Source of the DNA: Nibricoccus sp.
GTDB taxonomy: Bacteria > Verrucomicrobiota > Verrucomicrobiia > Opitutales > Opitutaceae
Direction of reading: 5' to 3'
Assembly: GCA_047602425.1 (NCBI GenBank)
Contig: JASGHG010000001.1
Coordinates: 2,112,001-2,176,000, forward strand
DNA length: 64,000 bases
The position numbers were made by a program, and so were the translations under genes. A model generated the notes under the pieces. It worked only from the letters and a program-made list of their open reading frames with translations. It did not search any database and had not been told where the DNA came from. Shown one piece after another: positions 9,467 through 19,796 of the stretch (positions are counted from its first letter, which is position 1; every line of letters begins with the position of its first letter).

Positions 9467-10195
9467 ATGCCATCGCTCGCAGATTCGTACTTTGCCCGCG
9501 CCACCGAAATGCTGGATCGCGCCCGCGAGAAAAACGCCGCCACACTCGCCGCCGTCGCTCCCATCGTTGGCAAATCCATCGCCGACGGCGGCGTGCTCCA
9601 TACTTTTGGTTCGGGCCACTCCGAGATGATCGCCCGCGAAATCATCGGACGCGCCGGCGGCTTGATGCCCGTGACCGGACTCTTCGATCCCGGTTATGGC
9701 TTTTCGGAAAACATCGTCGGCTATGGCACCCGCCTCGCCGAACGCCACGACCACCACTACGGATTGCGCTCCGGCGAGACCATCATCGTCATTTCCAATT
9801 CCGGCAAAAATGCCTCGCCCATCGAAGTCGCGCTTTACGCCAAACAAAAAGGACTCACCGTCGTTGGCCTTACCTCGCTCGCGATGAGCACCACGGCCAA
9901 AACCGTGCATCCCGGCGGCAAAAATCTTCACGCCGTAGCCGACTACACGCTCGATAACCTCGGCGTGCCCGGCGATGCGATCACTGAAGTCACGCCAAAC
10001 CAATTTGCAGGGCCAACTTCCACGCTGATCGGCTGCACACTCCTCAATCTTCTCATGCTCGGCGTACTCGAATGGCTCCGCGACCAAGGCCACCCGCTTC
10101 CCCTCGTCCGCAGTCAGAACCTGCCCGGCGGCATGGAAGCCAACATCGCGCTCTCCCAAAAATACCGCACCCGTCTGAGCAAATTGATCGGATGA
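9467..10195 (+). CDS. SIS-domain sugar-phosphate isomerase family protein
   Basis: HTFGSGHS, RAGGL, ISNSGKN and GPTST motifs. Confidence 0.88.
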   Translation: MPSLADSYFARATEMLDRAREKNAATLAAVAPIVGKSIADGGVLHTFGSGHSEMIAREIIGRAGGLMPVTGLFDPGYGFSENIVGYGTRLAERHDHHYGLRSGETIIVISNSGKNASPIEVALYAKQKGLTVVGLTSLAMSTTAKTVHPGGKNLHAVADYTLDNLGVPGDAITEVTPNQFAGPTSTLIGCTLLNLLMLGVLEWLRDQGHPLPLVRSQNLPGGMEANIALSQKYRTRLSKLIG

Positions 10196-10205
10196 ATCCG
10201 AACTC

Positions 10206-10310
10206 GCCACAGAGTACACAGAGCTCCGACACAGAGCACACAGAGTAAAAACACTCCTGCAACAGCACCTTCCCCTTTCCCCAATGACTTCTGTCCGTAA
10301 ATTCTGTGGC
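10206..10310. repeat. CACAGAG inverted-repeat element, copy 1 (right arm degenerate)
   Basis: Left arm GCCACAGAGTACACAGAGCTCCGACACAGAGCACACAGAG (10206-10245). The residual right arm ...TTCTGTGGC overlaps the next GTG start. Confidence 0.75.
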
Positions 10311-11220
10311 TAAAAATCCCGCCCAACTTTTCCGGATCGGTGTCGACGGCGGTGGCTCGAAAACCGAACTGATCCTCATCGACCATTCCGGTACCGTGGT
10401 TGCCCGGCACCACGCCCCTGGCTGCAATCCCAGCCATGTCGGCCCCGTCGGGGCAAGAGAAACGCTGATCTCCGCACTTCAGGCATTGATAGCCTCCTCA
10501 AAAACTAAAAAAGCGGAGCTGGAAATCAGTCATATGCTTCTTTGCATGGCCGGCAGTCCCGATTTTTGGCGGGAAGCAGCCGCGTCACTGACTGACTATG
10601 GCCAGGTCGAAACGACCACCGATGCGGCACCCGTGCTCGAACTGGCGACCGAGGGAAGACCCGGGCTCGTCTTGCACGCCGGGACCGGATCCTTCGTGGC
10701 GTTGAGGACCACCGATGGCGCCATGCGCTATATCGGCGGACTCGGCTGGCGCCTCGGCGATCCGGGAAGTTCCCTCGACATCGGGCGTCGGGCGACCGCC
10801 CGCGCGCTCGCCGAATTGCAGGGCTGGGCGGAAAAAACCGCGCTCAGCGAAGCCTTGGTCGAACTTTTTTCAACCGACAAACCCTCCGCCATCACCGCGT
10901 CGCTGCATCGAAGCACGGAACCGAACCAAATCATTGGTTCATTTGCCGCGTGCGTTTCCCAACTGGCGGCAAAAGGCGACGCGACCGCGCTGGCGATTAT
11001 TCTCGGCTCGACCGGGGAATTGCTGGCCTGCGCCGAAGCCGCCGCCCGCAGTCTCGTTAGTACCCAGGAATTGAATACGCTGCCCGCCGGCCTTTCCGGT
11101 TCAATTCTCACGCAGCCGTTTGTCGTGGCCGAATTGCAGAAACGCAGCGCGCTTCCGCTCAAGCCTTTGACCGAGCGTCCCATCGAAGGCGTGCGGCGCT
11201 TGCTTTGCGGCAAGCCCTGA
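10306..11220 (+). CDS. BadF/BadG/BcrA/BcrD ATPase family, N-acetylglucosamine kinase-like
   Basis: IGVDGGGSKT, AGTGS and GGLGWRLGDPGS motifs. Confidence 0.88.
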   Translation: MAKNPAQLFRIGVDGGGSKTELILIDHSGTVVARHHAPGCNPSHVGPVGARETLISALQALIASSKTKKAELEISHMLLCMAGSPDFWREAAASLTDYGQVETTTDAAPVLELATEGRPGLVLHAGTGSFVALRTTDGAMRYIGGLGWRLGDPGSSLDIGRRATARALAELQGWAEKTALSEALVELFSTDKPSAITASLHRSTEPNQIIGSFAACVSQLAAKGDATALAIILGSTGELLACAEAAARSLVSTQELNTLPAGLSGSILTQPFVVAELQKRSALPLKPLTERPIEGVRRLLCGKP

Positions 11221-11225
11221 GTGCT

Positions 11226-11765
11226 TCAGCCCGTTTCGTCTTTGCGTCCGAAAATCGGGCGGGTTCCCGGCCAGCCGAGCAGGCCCCGGAACAACATTCC
11301 CAAAGCGACAAGTATGGGCACGGAGAAGAATCCTTTGTTCACTAATATCCCCAGCGAACAACCTGCCAGCACGAGGAAGGCCGCGACAATTTGCTCCGCG
11401 CGACCGGATCTTTCGACCGCCACACTAGCTGGCTCGTTCGATTCCAGCGGCAAGCCCAGTGCGTGCCATGCCACCATGCCGCCGGCCACGCTTTGGGCCC
11501 AGTGAAAACCAATGTCGTCGAGTTCATCGAGGACCTGTTGCGAACGTCCGCCCGACTGACAGATGAAATAGATGGGCTTCGCCTCCGCCTCACGGCTCCA
11601 TTCGGCCATGATCTGACGCAATGGTATCGTGCCGAGCGGAATGTTACACGCTTGGGCGATATGGCCTTGTTCAAACTCTCGCGCCGCACGCAAGTCGATC
11701 AACACCGTCTGCGGATCGGTGTCGAGTTGCTCGCAGAGCTCCTGGACTGAAACATTTTTGATCAT
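11226..11765 (-). CDS. Rhodanese-domain membrane protein (YgaP-like)
   Basis: IDLR, GHI, active-site CQSGGRS, GGMVAW, two C-terminal TM segments. Confidence 0.85.
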   Translation of the reverse strand: MIKNVSVQELCEQLDTDPQTVLIDLRAAREFEQGHIAQACNIPLGTIPLRQIMAEWSREAEAKPIYFICQSGGRSQQVLDELDDIGFHWAQSVAGGMVAWHALGLPLESNEPASVAVERSGRAEQIVAAFLVLAGCSLGILVNKGFFSVPILVALGMLFRGLLGWPGTRPIFGRKDETG

Positions 11766-11850
11766 TGGGCCGACGCTTCGTCATCGGCACAATTACACCG
11801 GTTCCTGAATGGATTCGCAGAATCTCGTCAACAGATTGGTCGCGAAACAC

Positions 11851-13833
11851 TCAGCGCACCTGCGCGTCGTACGAGCTGTACTTGCACGGGTAAACCGGAC
11901 GCCCCAGACGTTTTGAACTGATCTCCTCCAGCTGAATTGCCACGTGGGGATTGTGCGTCATGAAACGCAAAAAGTCGGCCTTGCTGATCGTGAGGCAGCG
12001 CGTCTCCTCCAACGCGACGATATCGGATTCCGCCGCGCTGTTTTGCATGAGGCTGATTTCGCCAAAGAACGCGCCCGAACGCAGCCGTGCCTTCACCTTT
12101 TTATCGCGGCGCACCGCCACACGGCCTTCGTAAATCAGAAAAAACTGCTGGCTGTCCTGTCGCTCAGCCACGATCAATTCGCCGGCGTTATAGCGAAGCA
12201 TCGACGCAATTTGCGTGAAGCGCGCGATCGCCTGGGGATGCCAGTTGGCGCAAAACGGCAGTTCGCGCAGGAAAGGCACCTTCTGGCCCAGATTATTGGC
12301 CAGTTGCACGCCCATCGGCGTCACCACGCGGCGCTCGAATTCGCGTATTGGAATCATCAATACCAACACCGGAGTGAGCGCTTTCGCCTGCAATGGACCG
12401 CGATCCGGATCCAGGAGCGAATGAACTCCAAAAACGTCGCCTTCCTTCATTGTCATCACGCTCTCCGCACGACCGGATTTCAGCCGGCGGTACAATCTCA
12501 CGCGGCCAGAAAGGATGAGGTTGGCGAACTTCGATTGCTCTGCAAAAGGCTGGATGATCGAACGAGCTTTGAAATAACGCGTCTGCCCGGCCGCAGACAA
12601 CGCCGCGCGCTCTGCGGGCGGCAGGCGGCGAAAAAGCAACGACTCCGCCATCAAACGCGCAATCTGCTCCTCGGGAACGGGCGCTACGCTATTCAACCGC
12701 CAGCGTTTCCAATGCGTCCGGTTGACGGAATAATAATTCGCCGCGTGCCAATAAAGAAAGCGCACCACCGGCGGCCCGACATAAGCAACGATCGCGGCGA
12801 AAATGATGGAGCCAAAAATAATCCCCGCCCCGTAATTCAAACTGGCAAACAAGTCCTTCAACGACATGTCCATCGCGCGCAGCACCGTGAAAAATATAAA
12901 CACGATCCAAATGAATCCCCACGCGATGCGAGCTGAAATGTAAGCCGGCGAAACGCGCCGAAGACTGGCTTTGAACTTTACCCGCCAATGCTGGTTCAGA
13001 CTGAAAAGAAGATCCTTCTGCGTGTCCGGGACCTGACCGCGACAGACGGTGGAGAGCAGGCCCGTCGCCGCACTGCCAGCAAAGGGATGCAACATTCCGA
13101 TGACCGCGAGCACGTGCAAACTTCCCCATTGCGGTTGGAACCACCACAACAAGGCCGCGCTGGCCAGCACCGGGAAAAGTCTCGCGCTTGCCACGGCCGC
13201 TTGAATCAAGGGCGAGCACATGCACGCATCTTCCAGATTCACCCCGAAGTAAGGCACGGGACGCAGATAAACAAAACGCGGGTTATATACTTCGCCGCCG
13301 CCACCGCGTAGGACCGAGGCAGCCAGCATCTGGCCCAAACTCACTCCCACCATCAGGAGTATCCATCCGATAAATACGTTACCTAGCGTCTCGATCAGAT
13401 TAAAATGCCCCTTGAACGGCCACGGAAACGGCATCGTCGTCAGCAGCGTCAGCGCAAGCGCCGCGGAGATCCAAGTCAGCGCCAGCGGCAACTTCGGCCC
13501 TAGCGTCACCACCCAACGACTGGCCAGCACCGGCACGCTCGTGTCAGGCTGGCGATCGATTTTAAGAATACCCGCCCGCAACGCCTTCAAAATCAGTTCG
13601 TAATATTCACGCAGCGGCGCGCAGGTGCGATTCAAGATCACCGCGCGCAGCACGTCGGGCGCCGTGGCGGGATTGGCGAAGTTGCGCAACAAATTCCACT
13701 GCTCCGCCGTGACGGTGAGGTACTTTCGGCTCGGCCCGTTTTTCACCACAAAGGCCGGGCCCGAGGCATCGGCACGCAAAACGTGCGGATTCAACCTGAG
13801 TGTCTGAGCGGTCAGAACGAGCTGTTCGTCCAT
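11851..13833 (-). CDS. Membrane protein with degenerate M50 peptidase-like region and two cNMP-binding domains
   Basis: Tandem cNMP domains (LILSGRV...GDVFG; LIYEGRV...GAFFGEISL). The N-terminal soluble domain plus TM region resembles M50/site-2 protease fusions but lacks HExxH. Confidence 0.75.
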   Translation of the reverse strand: MDEQLVLTAQTLRLNPHVLRADASGPAFVVKNGPSRKYLTVTAEQWNLLRNFANPATAPDVLRAVILNRTCAPLREYYELILKALRAGILKIDRQPDTSVPVLASRWVVTLGPKLPLALTWISAALALTLLTTMPFPWPFKGHFNLIETLGNVFIGWILLMVGVSLGQMLAASVLRGGGGEVYNPRFVYLRPVPYFGVNLEDACMCSPLIQAAVASARLFPVLASAALLWWFQPQWGSLHVLAVIGMLHPFAGSAATGLLSTVCRGQVPDTQKDLLFSLNQHWRVKFKASLRRVSPAYISARIAWGFIWIVFIFFTVLRAMDMSLKDLFASLNYGAGIIFGSIIFAAIVAYVGPPVVRFLYWHAANYYSVNRTHWKRWRLNSVAPVPEEQIARLMAESLLFRRLPPAERAALSAAGQTRYFKARSIIQPFAEQSKFANLILSGRVRLYRRLKSGRAESVMTMKEGDVFGVHSLLDPDRGPLQAKALTPVLVLMIPIREFERRVVTPMGVQLANNLGQKVPFLRELPFCANWHPQAIARFTQIASMLRYNAGELIVAERQDSQQFFLIYEGRVAVRRDKKVKARLRSGAFFGEISLMQNSAAESDIVALEETRCLTISKADFLRFMTHNPHVAIQLEEISSKRLGRPVYPCKYSSYDAQVR

Positions 13834-13863
13834 TGGGGCGGGGTTTTACAGGTGGAGAATGGT

Positions 13864-14349
13864 TTAGGCCGGCTCGGCGGGCGGGGCGGCAGGCGGCGAG
13901 TCGGTCTTGTTCGCAGGCCCGATCAGATCGACCACGGCATCCTGCAAATCCGTCAGCCGATAGGGCTTCATCAAATAACGCAGGCGGGCATTGCCCGGCG
14001 CCCAAAGATCCTCCTCCAGCACATGTCCGCTCAGCAAAAGAATCGGCAGGTCCGGCGCGAGCTTGTGCAACCGCGTCGCGAGCCCAAGACCGTCGAGATT
14101 GGGCATCAACACATCGGTGATCACGAGGCTGATCTCCGCTTTGCGTTGCTGAAAAAGATTCAGCGCCTGCACGCCATCCTCCGCCTCGATCAGACGGTAG
14201 CCTTGTTGCTCCAATGTGATCCGCGCAATCGAACGCACTTCGGGCTCGTCGTCGACGAACATGACGAGGTCGCGTTTCAAGGGCCCTCCGCCCTCCCGTG
14301 CATCTTTGGCAGACGACGAACCAAACAGTTTCTTGAGGCGTGAAATCAT
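13864..14349 (-). CDS. Single-domain response regulator (receiver)
   Basis: VDDE, acceptor LVITDVLMPNLDG, LSG, KPY. Confidence 0.9.
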   Translation of the reverse strand: MISRLKKLFGSSSAKDAREGGGPLKRDLVMFVDDEPEVRSIARITLEQQGYRLIEAEDGVQALNLFQQRKAEISLVITDVLMPNLDGLGLATRLHKLAPDLPILLLSGHVLEEDLWAPGNARLRYLMKPYRLTDLQDAVVDLIGPANKTDSPPAAPPAEPA

Positions 14350-14637
14350 GGGCGAGGGAGGGTTATGGTGGGGTAAACGGAATCAATCGGCATCGTACTT
14401 TCAAAATCGGACCCGAAAAGGGAAAACAGAACTTGTTGCATACGAACGGACTTTAGGGGGCGATTTTGCCAATTGTTTTACAGTTTTTGGCATCTGCCGA
14501 CAGTTTTGGCAAGGCAACACGTTCATAAAGTTGACCTATTGCCATAACCAAACCTCAGGTCTAAGCGGAAAATTCGCCCGTCGCGGGTCCTCAACGCTTT
14601 CCAAAAAAACACCCTGGTACGCCCAAAATTTGCGGCG

Positions 14638-15384
14638 ATGGCCAAATCCAGCAATTTCCTCCTCGTGATGAACATGCCCCTGTCGCCTCTCTTGTTCGCC
14701 GCCCGTCGTTTTGCGGGATTGGCTCTGATTGCGATGCTGACCGCCAGCGCCCTCCAGGCCGAACCATCCACGACAACCAGCCAGGCTACGCCCCGCCTGG
14801 CCGTGGGTCTTGAGGCAGGCAGCGCCGGCGTCGGACCGGTCGTCGTTTTCACCACGTCCAAATCGATCACCGCAAATGTCGGCTACACTTTTCTCAGCTA
14901 CGACTACGATTTCCGTAACGCCGACACGGATTTCGATGGCACGCTCAAGCTTTCAAATCTTCAAGCTATACTCAATTGGCACCCTAAGGCCGGCGCCTTT
15001 CATCTTTCTGCAGGCGTCGTGGTCACCAACAACAAGATGGATATCACCGCCAAGCCGACCAACTCCTACAAAATCGGCGACACGACTTACACTTTGGCTC
15101 AAATCGGCACGCTCGACGGCACCGTCAAAATTGGCAAAGGCGCGAAGCCCTACCTCGGCTTGGGCTGGTCAAAAACGCCTGCGAAAAGCGGCTTCGGTTT
15201 CTTCTGTGACATCGGGGTAATCTTCATGGAATCACCCAAAGTTTCCATGCGATCCACCGGCCCGATTGCGTCCGACGCCAATTTCCAGCGTGACCTGCGC
15301 AAGGAAGAGCAGGACGTAAACGACAAGCTCGACAAATTTAAGTACTACCCAGTCATCCAGATAGGCGGCCTGTACCGCTTCTGA
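14638..15384 (+). CDS. Predicted outer-membrane beta-barrel protein
   Basis: Signal peptide, amphipathic strands, PYLGLGW, C-terminal YRF. The start may be a later ATG. Confidence 0.7.
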   Translation: MAKSSNFLLVMNMPLSPLLFAARRFAGLALIAMLTASALQAEPSTTTSQATPRLAVGLEAGSAGVGPVVVFTTSKSITANVGYTFLSYDYDFRNADTDFDGTLKLSNLQAILNWHPKAGAFHLSAGVVVTNNKMDITAKPTNSYKIGDTTYTLAQIGTLDGTVKIGKGAKPYLGLGWSKTPAKSGFGFFCDIGVIFMESPKVSMRSTGPIASDANFQRDLRKEEQDVNDKLDKFKYYPVIQIGGLYRF

Positions 15385-15703
15385 CCGGAGCAAGGATCAG
15401 CGACGCCCGCCCCAGCGGACGTTCGCGAGTGCCTTTTATCCTGTTTTTGACCCCCGATTGCGCCGAAACACCGGTGATAGCCGTCAGATCGACGGTTTTT
15501 CGATAAGCGCGCCTGCGAACTTTTTGGCAAAAACTCTAATCCCACGTAGCAGCAAGATAAGTTATTTTAATTCAAGGAATCCGCACTCGCAAGAAATGCG
15601 TAGCCTTCGCCAACCTCTGCGATGCTGTTTCACCATTTGTACCGCATTATGAAAACATGCCGTTTGCTCCCTCAACCAAGGCCCTTCGCCAAAGGAATCA
15701 CCT

Positions 15704-16114
15704 ATGAACGAAATTCTCTCCGGTGACCTTATCTATGTGATGCTGTTCGCTTTCGGCGGACTCGCTTTCGCAGCAGGGCCTTTCGTACTCGTGTACTTTC
15801 TCGCCCCGCGTGCAACCACCCGTCAAACGGCGGACAAGACCGGTCAATATATCGAGTGCGGCATGGAGCCGATTGGCGATGCGTGGATTCGTTATAGCGC
15901 GGTCTACTACTTGTACGCCTTGGTCTTCGTGGCCTTCGCCGTTGATGTACTTTATCTGATCCCCGTCGCCCTCGTTTATAACAAGATCTTCGCCTGGCGC
16001 GATCTGGTTGAGGTGCTGATGTTCGTTGGGATCCTCTCGCTTGTAATCATATACGCTTGGAAGAAAGGAGTTTTCGAATGGACACGCCGCAAGTCGACAC
16101 CTCACAAATCGTAA
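15704..16114 (+). CDS. nuoA: NADH-quinone oxidoreductase subunit A-like
   Basis: [26 protein letters not shown]. Confidence 0.9.
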   Translation: MNEILSGDLIYVMLFAFGGLAFAAGPFVLVYFLAPRATTRQTADKTGQYIECGMEPIGDAWIRYSAVYYLYALVFVAFAVDVLYLIPVALVYNKIFAWRDLVEVLMFVGILSLVIIYAWKKGVFEWTRRKSTPHKS

Positions 16115-16578
16115 AGTTTGCGATGCTCGACGACGTGATCGCCCTCGGGCGCGCGAATTCGCTCTGGCCGCTTACCTTCGGTCTCGCCTGCTGCGCCATC
16201 GAAATGATGGCCGTCGGCATGGCAAAATATGATCTTTCGCGCTTCGGCGCCGAAGTGTTTCGCCCCTCTCCCCGTCAGGCCGATCTCATGATCGTCGCCG
16301 GCACGGTGAACAAAAAAATGGCCCCCGCCATCAAGACGCTTTACGACCAGATGCTTGAACCCAAATGGGTTATCGCGATGGGCAACTGCGCCATTTCGGG
16401 CGGCCCGTTCGTCTATCCCGGCCAGTACTCGGTCGTTGAAGGCGTCGACAAACTCTTCCCGGTCGACGTTTACGTGCCCGGCTGCCCGCCACGTCCCGAA
16501 GCCCTGATCGAAGGTATTCTTGAACTGGAAAAGAAGCTCACCGGCAAACGCCGTTGGCCCGTCGTCGAAAATCCATGA
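16078..16578 (+). CDS. nuoB: NADH-quinone oxidoreductase subunit B-like (N2 cluster)
   Basis: [46 protein letters not shown] before ATG 16078. Confidence 0.95.
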   Translation: MDTPQVDTSQIVKFAMLDDVIALGRANSLWPLTFGLACCAIEMMAVGMAKYDLSRFGAEVFRPSPRQADLMIVAGTVNKKMAPAIKTLYDQMLEPKWVIAMGNCAISGGPFVYPGQYSVVEGVDKLFPVDVYVPGCPPRPEALIEGILELEKKLTGKRRWPVVENP

Positions 16579-17351
16579 GCATCTCCATCGAGCAACTCGC
16601 AAAGGAATTTGAGCCGCTGGCCGTCAAGGAGATGGTCCAGTTGCCGCCTGCGATCGTACCGAAACCAGCACCAGCGCCAAAACCGGCTGCTCCGAAACCC
16701 GCGGCCCCACCCGCCGCTGCGCCTGTGGCGGGCGCGGAAAGTGCCAAGGTCCAAGTGCCAAGTGCCAAACCGGCAGTCCCCGCTGCAGGTCCGGCTGCTC
16801 CTTCGGTAACGGGTCCGACCCCCGCCGGTGAAGCACCAAAAGCCACTGCAACTCCTGCCGTAGCTCCCGCTCCAAAACCCGCCGCACCAGCCGCCGCTGC
16901 TGCCCCCAAGCCAGCCGCGCCCGCCGTTCCACCCGTGCCGCCACCTCCTCCACCTAAACCAGTCCAAATCTGGAAATTCGAGGAAAAGGGCCTGAATCTC
17001 GAAGTTACCGTCGAGCCGTCCAAGGTTGTCGAAGCCGCCGAATTGTTGGACCGCCATGGTTACGCCATCGACGCTGTCACCGGCATGGACTGGCCGAAAC
17101 ATGACCTCCTCGAAGTCATCTACGATTTTCTGCATTTCGAGTCAGGTTTGCGCGTGGCCTATCGCGCCCGCATTCCGCGCAAAGATCCGAAGATAGCCAC
17201 TATCTCCAAAATTTTCCCCGGCGCCGACTGGCACGAGCGCGAAACGCATGACTTTTTCGGCATCAATTTCGTCGGCCATCGCGACCTGTCGCCTTTCATG
17301 CTGCCCGACGACGCCACGTACCACCCTCTTTTGAAGGACTTCCAAGCGTGA
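16575..17351 (+). CDS. nuoC: NADH-quinone oxidoreductase subunit C-like with long Pro/Ala-rich N-terminal region
   Basis: ATGA overlap with nuo[27 protein letters not shown]. Confidence 0.9.
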   Translation: MSISIEQLAKEFEPLAVKEMVQLPPAIVPKPAPAPKPAAPKPAAPPAAAPVAGAESAKVQVPSAKPAVPAAGPAAPSVTGPTPAGEAPKATATPAVAPAPKPAAPAAAAAPKPAAPAVPPVPPPPPPKPVQIWKFEEKGLNLEVTVEPSKVVEAAELLDRHGYAIDAVTGMDWPKHDLLEVIYDFLHFESGLRVAYRARIPRKDPKIATISKIFPGADWHERETHDFFGINFVGHRDLSPFMLPDDATYHPLLKDFQA

Positions 17352-18475
17352 ACATTCCCCAGCTCATTCCTGTCGGCGATCCTGCTGCCGAAACGTTCAC
17401 GATTAATCTCGGGCCGCAACATCCCGCGACACACGGCGTGTTGCGCGTGAAGCTCGAGATGGACGGCGAGTTCATCGTCAACGCCCAGCCCGTGCCCGGT
17501 TACATTCACCGTATGCACGAGAAGATGGGTGAGAATCGCACGTACGCGCAGTTCCTGCCCAACACGAGCCGCATCGATTACCTCTCGGCCATGACGTACA
17601 CGCACGCTTTCGTCGGCGCCGTGGAAAAAGCCGCGAAGCTCGAAGTGCCTATCCGCGCCGAATACATCCGCGTCATCACTTCCGAACTAAATCGTATCTC
17701 CAGCCATCTCGTCGGCTGGGGCGCGTGGATCATGGATCTCGGCGGTTTCACCCCGATTCTCTACGCCTTCGATGACCGTGAAAAAATCCTCGATATGCTC
17801 GAGGAGATCACCGGTTCGCGCCTGACGTATTGCTACTATCGGTTCGGCGGAGTGTGCGATGACGTTGACGCGCAATTTATCCGTTCCGCCCAGGAGTTTG
17901 TGCCCTATATGCGCAAGCGCCTCGACATGTATAAAAAGCTCGTCACGGGCAACGTCATCTTCCGCAAGCGCGTCGAGGGCATCGGCCCGATCAGTGCCGA
18001 AATGTGTCGCAAATATGGCGCATGCGGCCCCGTTCTCCGCGGCTCCGGCGTCAAATACGACGTTCGCCGCGCCGAACCATACTCGATCTACAATCAGTTC
18101 GATTTCGAGATCCCCGTTTACCACGAGTGCGACTCGCTCGCGCGCTACCTCGTGCGCATGGACGAGATCGAGCAATCCCTGCGCATCATCGAGCAGGCCT
18201 GCGCGAAAATTCCCGACGGTCCGATCCAGGGCAAAGTCCCGCGCATCCTGAAACTTCCTGTCGGTGACACCTGTTTCGCCACCGAGTGCGGCCGCGGTCG
18301 TCTTCTTGTGCGCATCACCAGCGACGGCGGCGAAAATCCGTATCGCGTCCGCCTGCGCACACCGTGTTTCACCAACCTAACGCTCTTCGAGGAAGCCTCG
18401 CAGGGCATGATGCTCGCCGACGCGCTCTCGCTCATGGCCAGCCTCGACCTCGTCATCCCCGACATCGACCGCTAA
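17348..18475 (+). CDS. nuoD: NADH-quinone oxidoreductase subunit D-like
   Basis: NLGPQHPATHGVLR, GYIHR, RIDY, C-terminal DIDR; no NiFe-hydrogenase CxxC motifs. Confidence 0.95.
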   Translation: MNIPQLIPVGDPAAETFTINLGPQHPATHGVLRVKLEMDGEFIVNAQPVPGYIHRMHEKMGENRTYAQFLPNTSRIDYLSAMTYTHAFVGAVEKAAKLEVPIRAEYIRVITSELNRISSHLVGWGAWIMDLGGFTPILYAFDDREKILDMLEEITGSRLTYCYYRFGGVCDDVDAQFIRSAQEFVPYMRKRLDMYKKLVTGNVIFRKRVEGIGPISAEMCRKYGACGPVLRGSGVKYDVRRAEPYSIYNQFDFEIPVYHECDSLARYLVRMDEIEQSLRIIEQACAKIPDGPIQGKVPRILKLPVGDTCFATECGRGRLLVRITSDGGENPYRVRLRTPCFTNLTLFEEASQGMMLADALSLMASLDLVIPDIDR

Positions 18476-18501
18476 CCTTTTATTAACGCCAAACAATGTT
18501 C

Positions 18502-18666
18502 GCCATTGAGCACACAGAGCTCGGACACAGAGTCCACAGAGAGTCGGTTGACGAATCGACGCTCAAGTTCTGCTCTGTCCAATCGATGGCATTGGCCTTC
18601 AGATCGATTTCTCCAATCAACCGTTCCTCCGTGCCCTCCGTGTCCGAGCTCCGTGACCTCTGTGGC
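18502..18666. repeat. CACAGAG inverted-repeat element, copy 2 (nuoD-nuoH)
   Basis: 40-bp arms at 18502-18541 and 18627-18666. Confidence 0.9.
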
Positions 18667-18692
18667 TCATTCCGATTCTTCCTTCGTTCGCG

Positions 18693-19787
18693 ATGATCGA
18701 AACCCTCTCAAATTTCTTTGCCACACCGTGGGGCGCTCTTGCCCGGAGCCTGATTTACCTCGCGGGCATTTGCGGTTTCGTTGCCGCCAACGCCGCCTAC
18801 CTCGTGTGGGTGGAGCGCAAGGGCGCGGGCCGTTTCCAACGCCGTCCTGGTCCGACCGAGTCCGGCTGGGCCGGCCTGCTTCAGCCCCCCGCCGACGGCA
18901 TCAAGCTGCTCGCGAAGCAAGTCATGGCGCCGCCCGGTGGCGACAAAATCCTTTTCTGGGCCGCTCCGCTCATGGTGATGGCGCCGCCGCTCCTCTGCCT
19001 TCTGGCGATTCCGTTCGGCGACAATGTGCTCGCCCGCAACATCAACGTCGGCCTGCTGATGGTTTTCTCCTTCGGCTCGATCAACGTCATGGCGCTCATG
19101 CTCGGCGGCTGGGCTTCGCGCAACAAGTACTCAATCATTTCCTCGGCTCGCATCGTTTCCCAAAACGTCGCCTACGAAATTCCGATGCTTTTCGTCGTGA
19201 TCACCATGATCATGGTCACCGGCACGCTGAATCTGCAGACAATCATTGTCCAACAAGCCGGCGGTTTCTGGAACTGGAATATTCTCCGTGGCATTTGGGA
19301 TTTTAGCGGTGGCGGGTGGGGTCACATCGGCGGCAACCTCCTCGCTCCGGTTACGTTCATCATTTTCTTCATTTGCATGCTGGCCGAGACGAACCGCGCG
19401 CCATTCGACATGGCGGAAGCGGAAAGCGAACTCGTCGCCGGCGCCTTCACCGAATACGGCGGCATGGGCTTCGGCGTTTTCTTCATGGCCGAGTACGGCA
19501 ACATCGTCGTGGGCTGCGCTCTTGCCACCTTGCTCTTCCTTGGCGGCTGGCAAAGCCCGATCGGCAGCATCCCCGTTTCCTGGGGTGTCATTGGTACGGT
19601 TCTCGGCGTCGGTTTCTTCCTCGCGAAGATGTACGCGCTCATTTTCACCGTCGTCTGGATCCGCTGGACCTTCCCGCGCACGCAGTTCTATGGACTGCTC
19701 AACCTCTCTTGGAAGATCCTGATCCCCATCTCGATCTTCACCCTGCTCCTCACGAGCATCCTCCTCAAATTGCCCCGCCTATTCTGA
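18693..19787 (+). CDS. nuoH: NADH-quinone oxidoreductase subunit H-like
   Basis: WVERK...QRRPGP, QPPADGIKL, AETNRAPFDMAEAESEL, WIRWTFPR. Confidence 0.95.
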   Translation: MIETLSNFFATPWGALARSLIYLAGICGFVAANAAYLVWVERKGAGRFQRRPGPTESGWAGLLQPPADGIKLLAKQVMAPPGGDKILFWAAPLMVMAPPLLCLLAIPFGDNVLARNINVGLLMVFSFGSINVMALMLGGWASRNKYSIISSARIVSQNVAYEIPMLFVVITMIMVTGTLNLQTIIVQQAGGFWNWNILRGIWDFSGGGWGHIGGNLLAPVTFIIFFICMLAETNRAPFDMAEAESELVAGAFTEYGGMGFGVFFMAEYGNIVVGCALATLLFLGGWQSPIGSIPVSWGVIGTVLGVGFFLAKMYALIFTVVWIRWTFPRTQFYGLLNLSWKILIPISIFTLLLTSILLKLPRLF

Positions 19788-19796
19788 GCTAAAACC

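Noticed and set aside
17348..18475. Group 4 [NiFe]-hydrogenase large subunit
   Set aside because: The N- and C-terminal CxxC nickel ligands are absent (RIDY, DLVIPDIDR), and there are no maturation genes.
18506..19306. 266-aa alternative ORF, and the N-terminal extensions of iorB (29895), satP (35330), nuoJ (19952) and pyc (39967)
   Set aside because: They are read-throughs of repeats or intergenic DNA, or shadow frames of well-supported genes.
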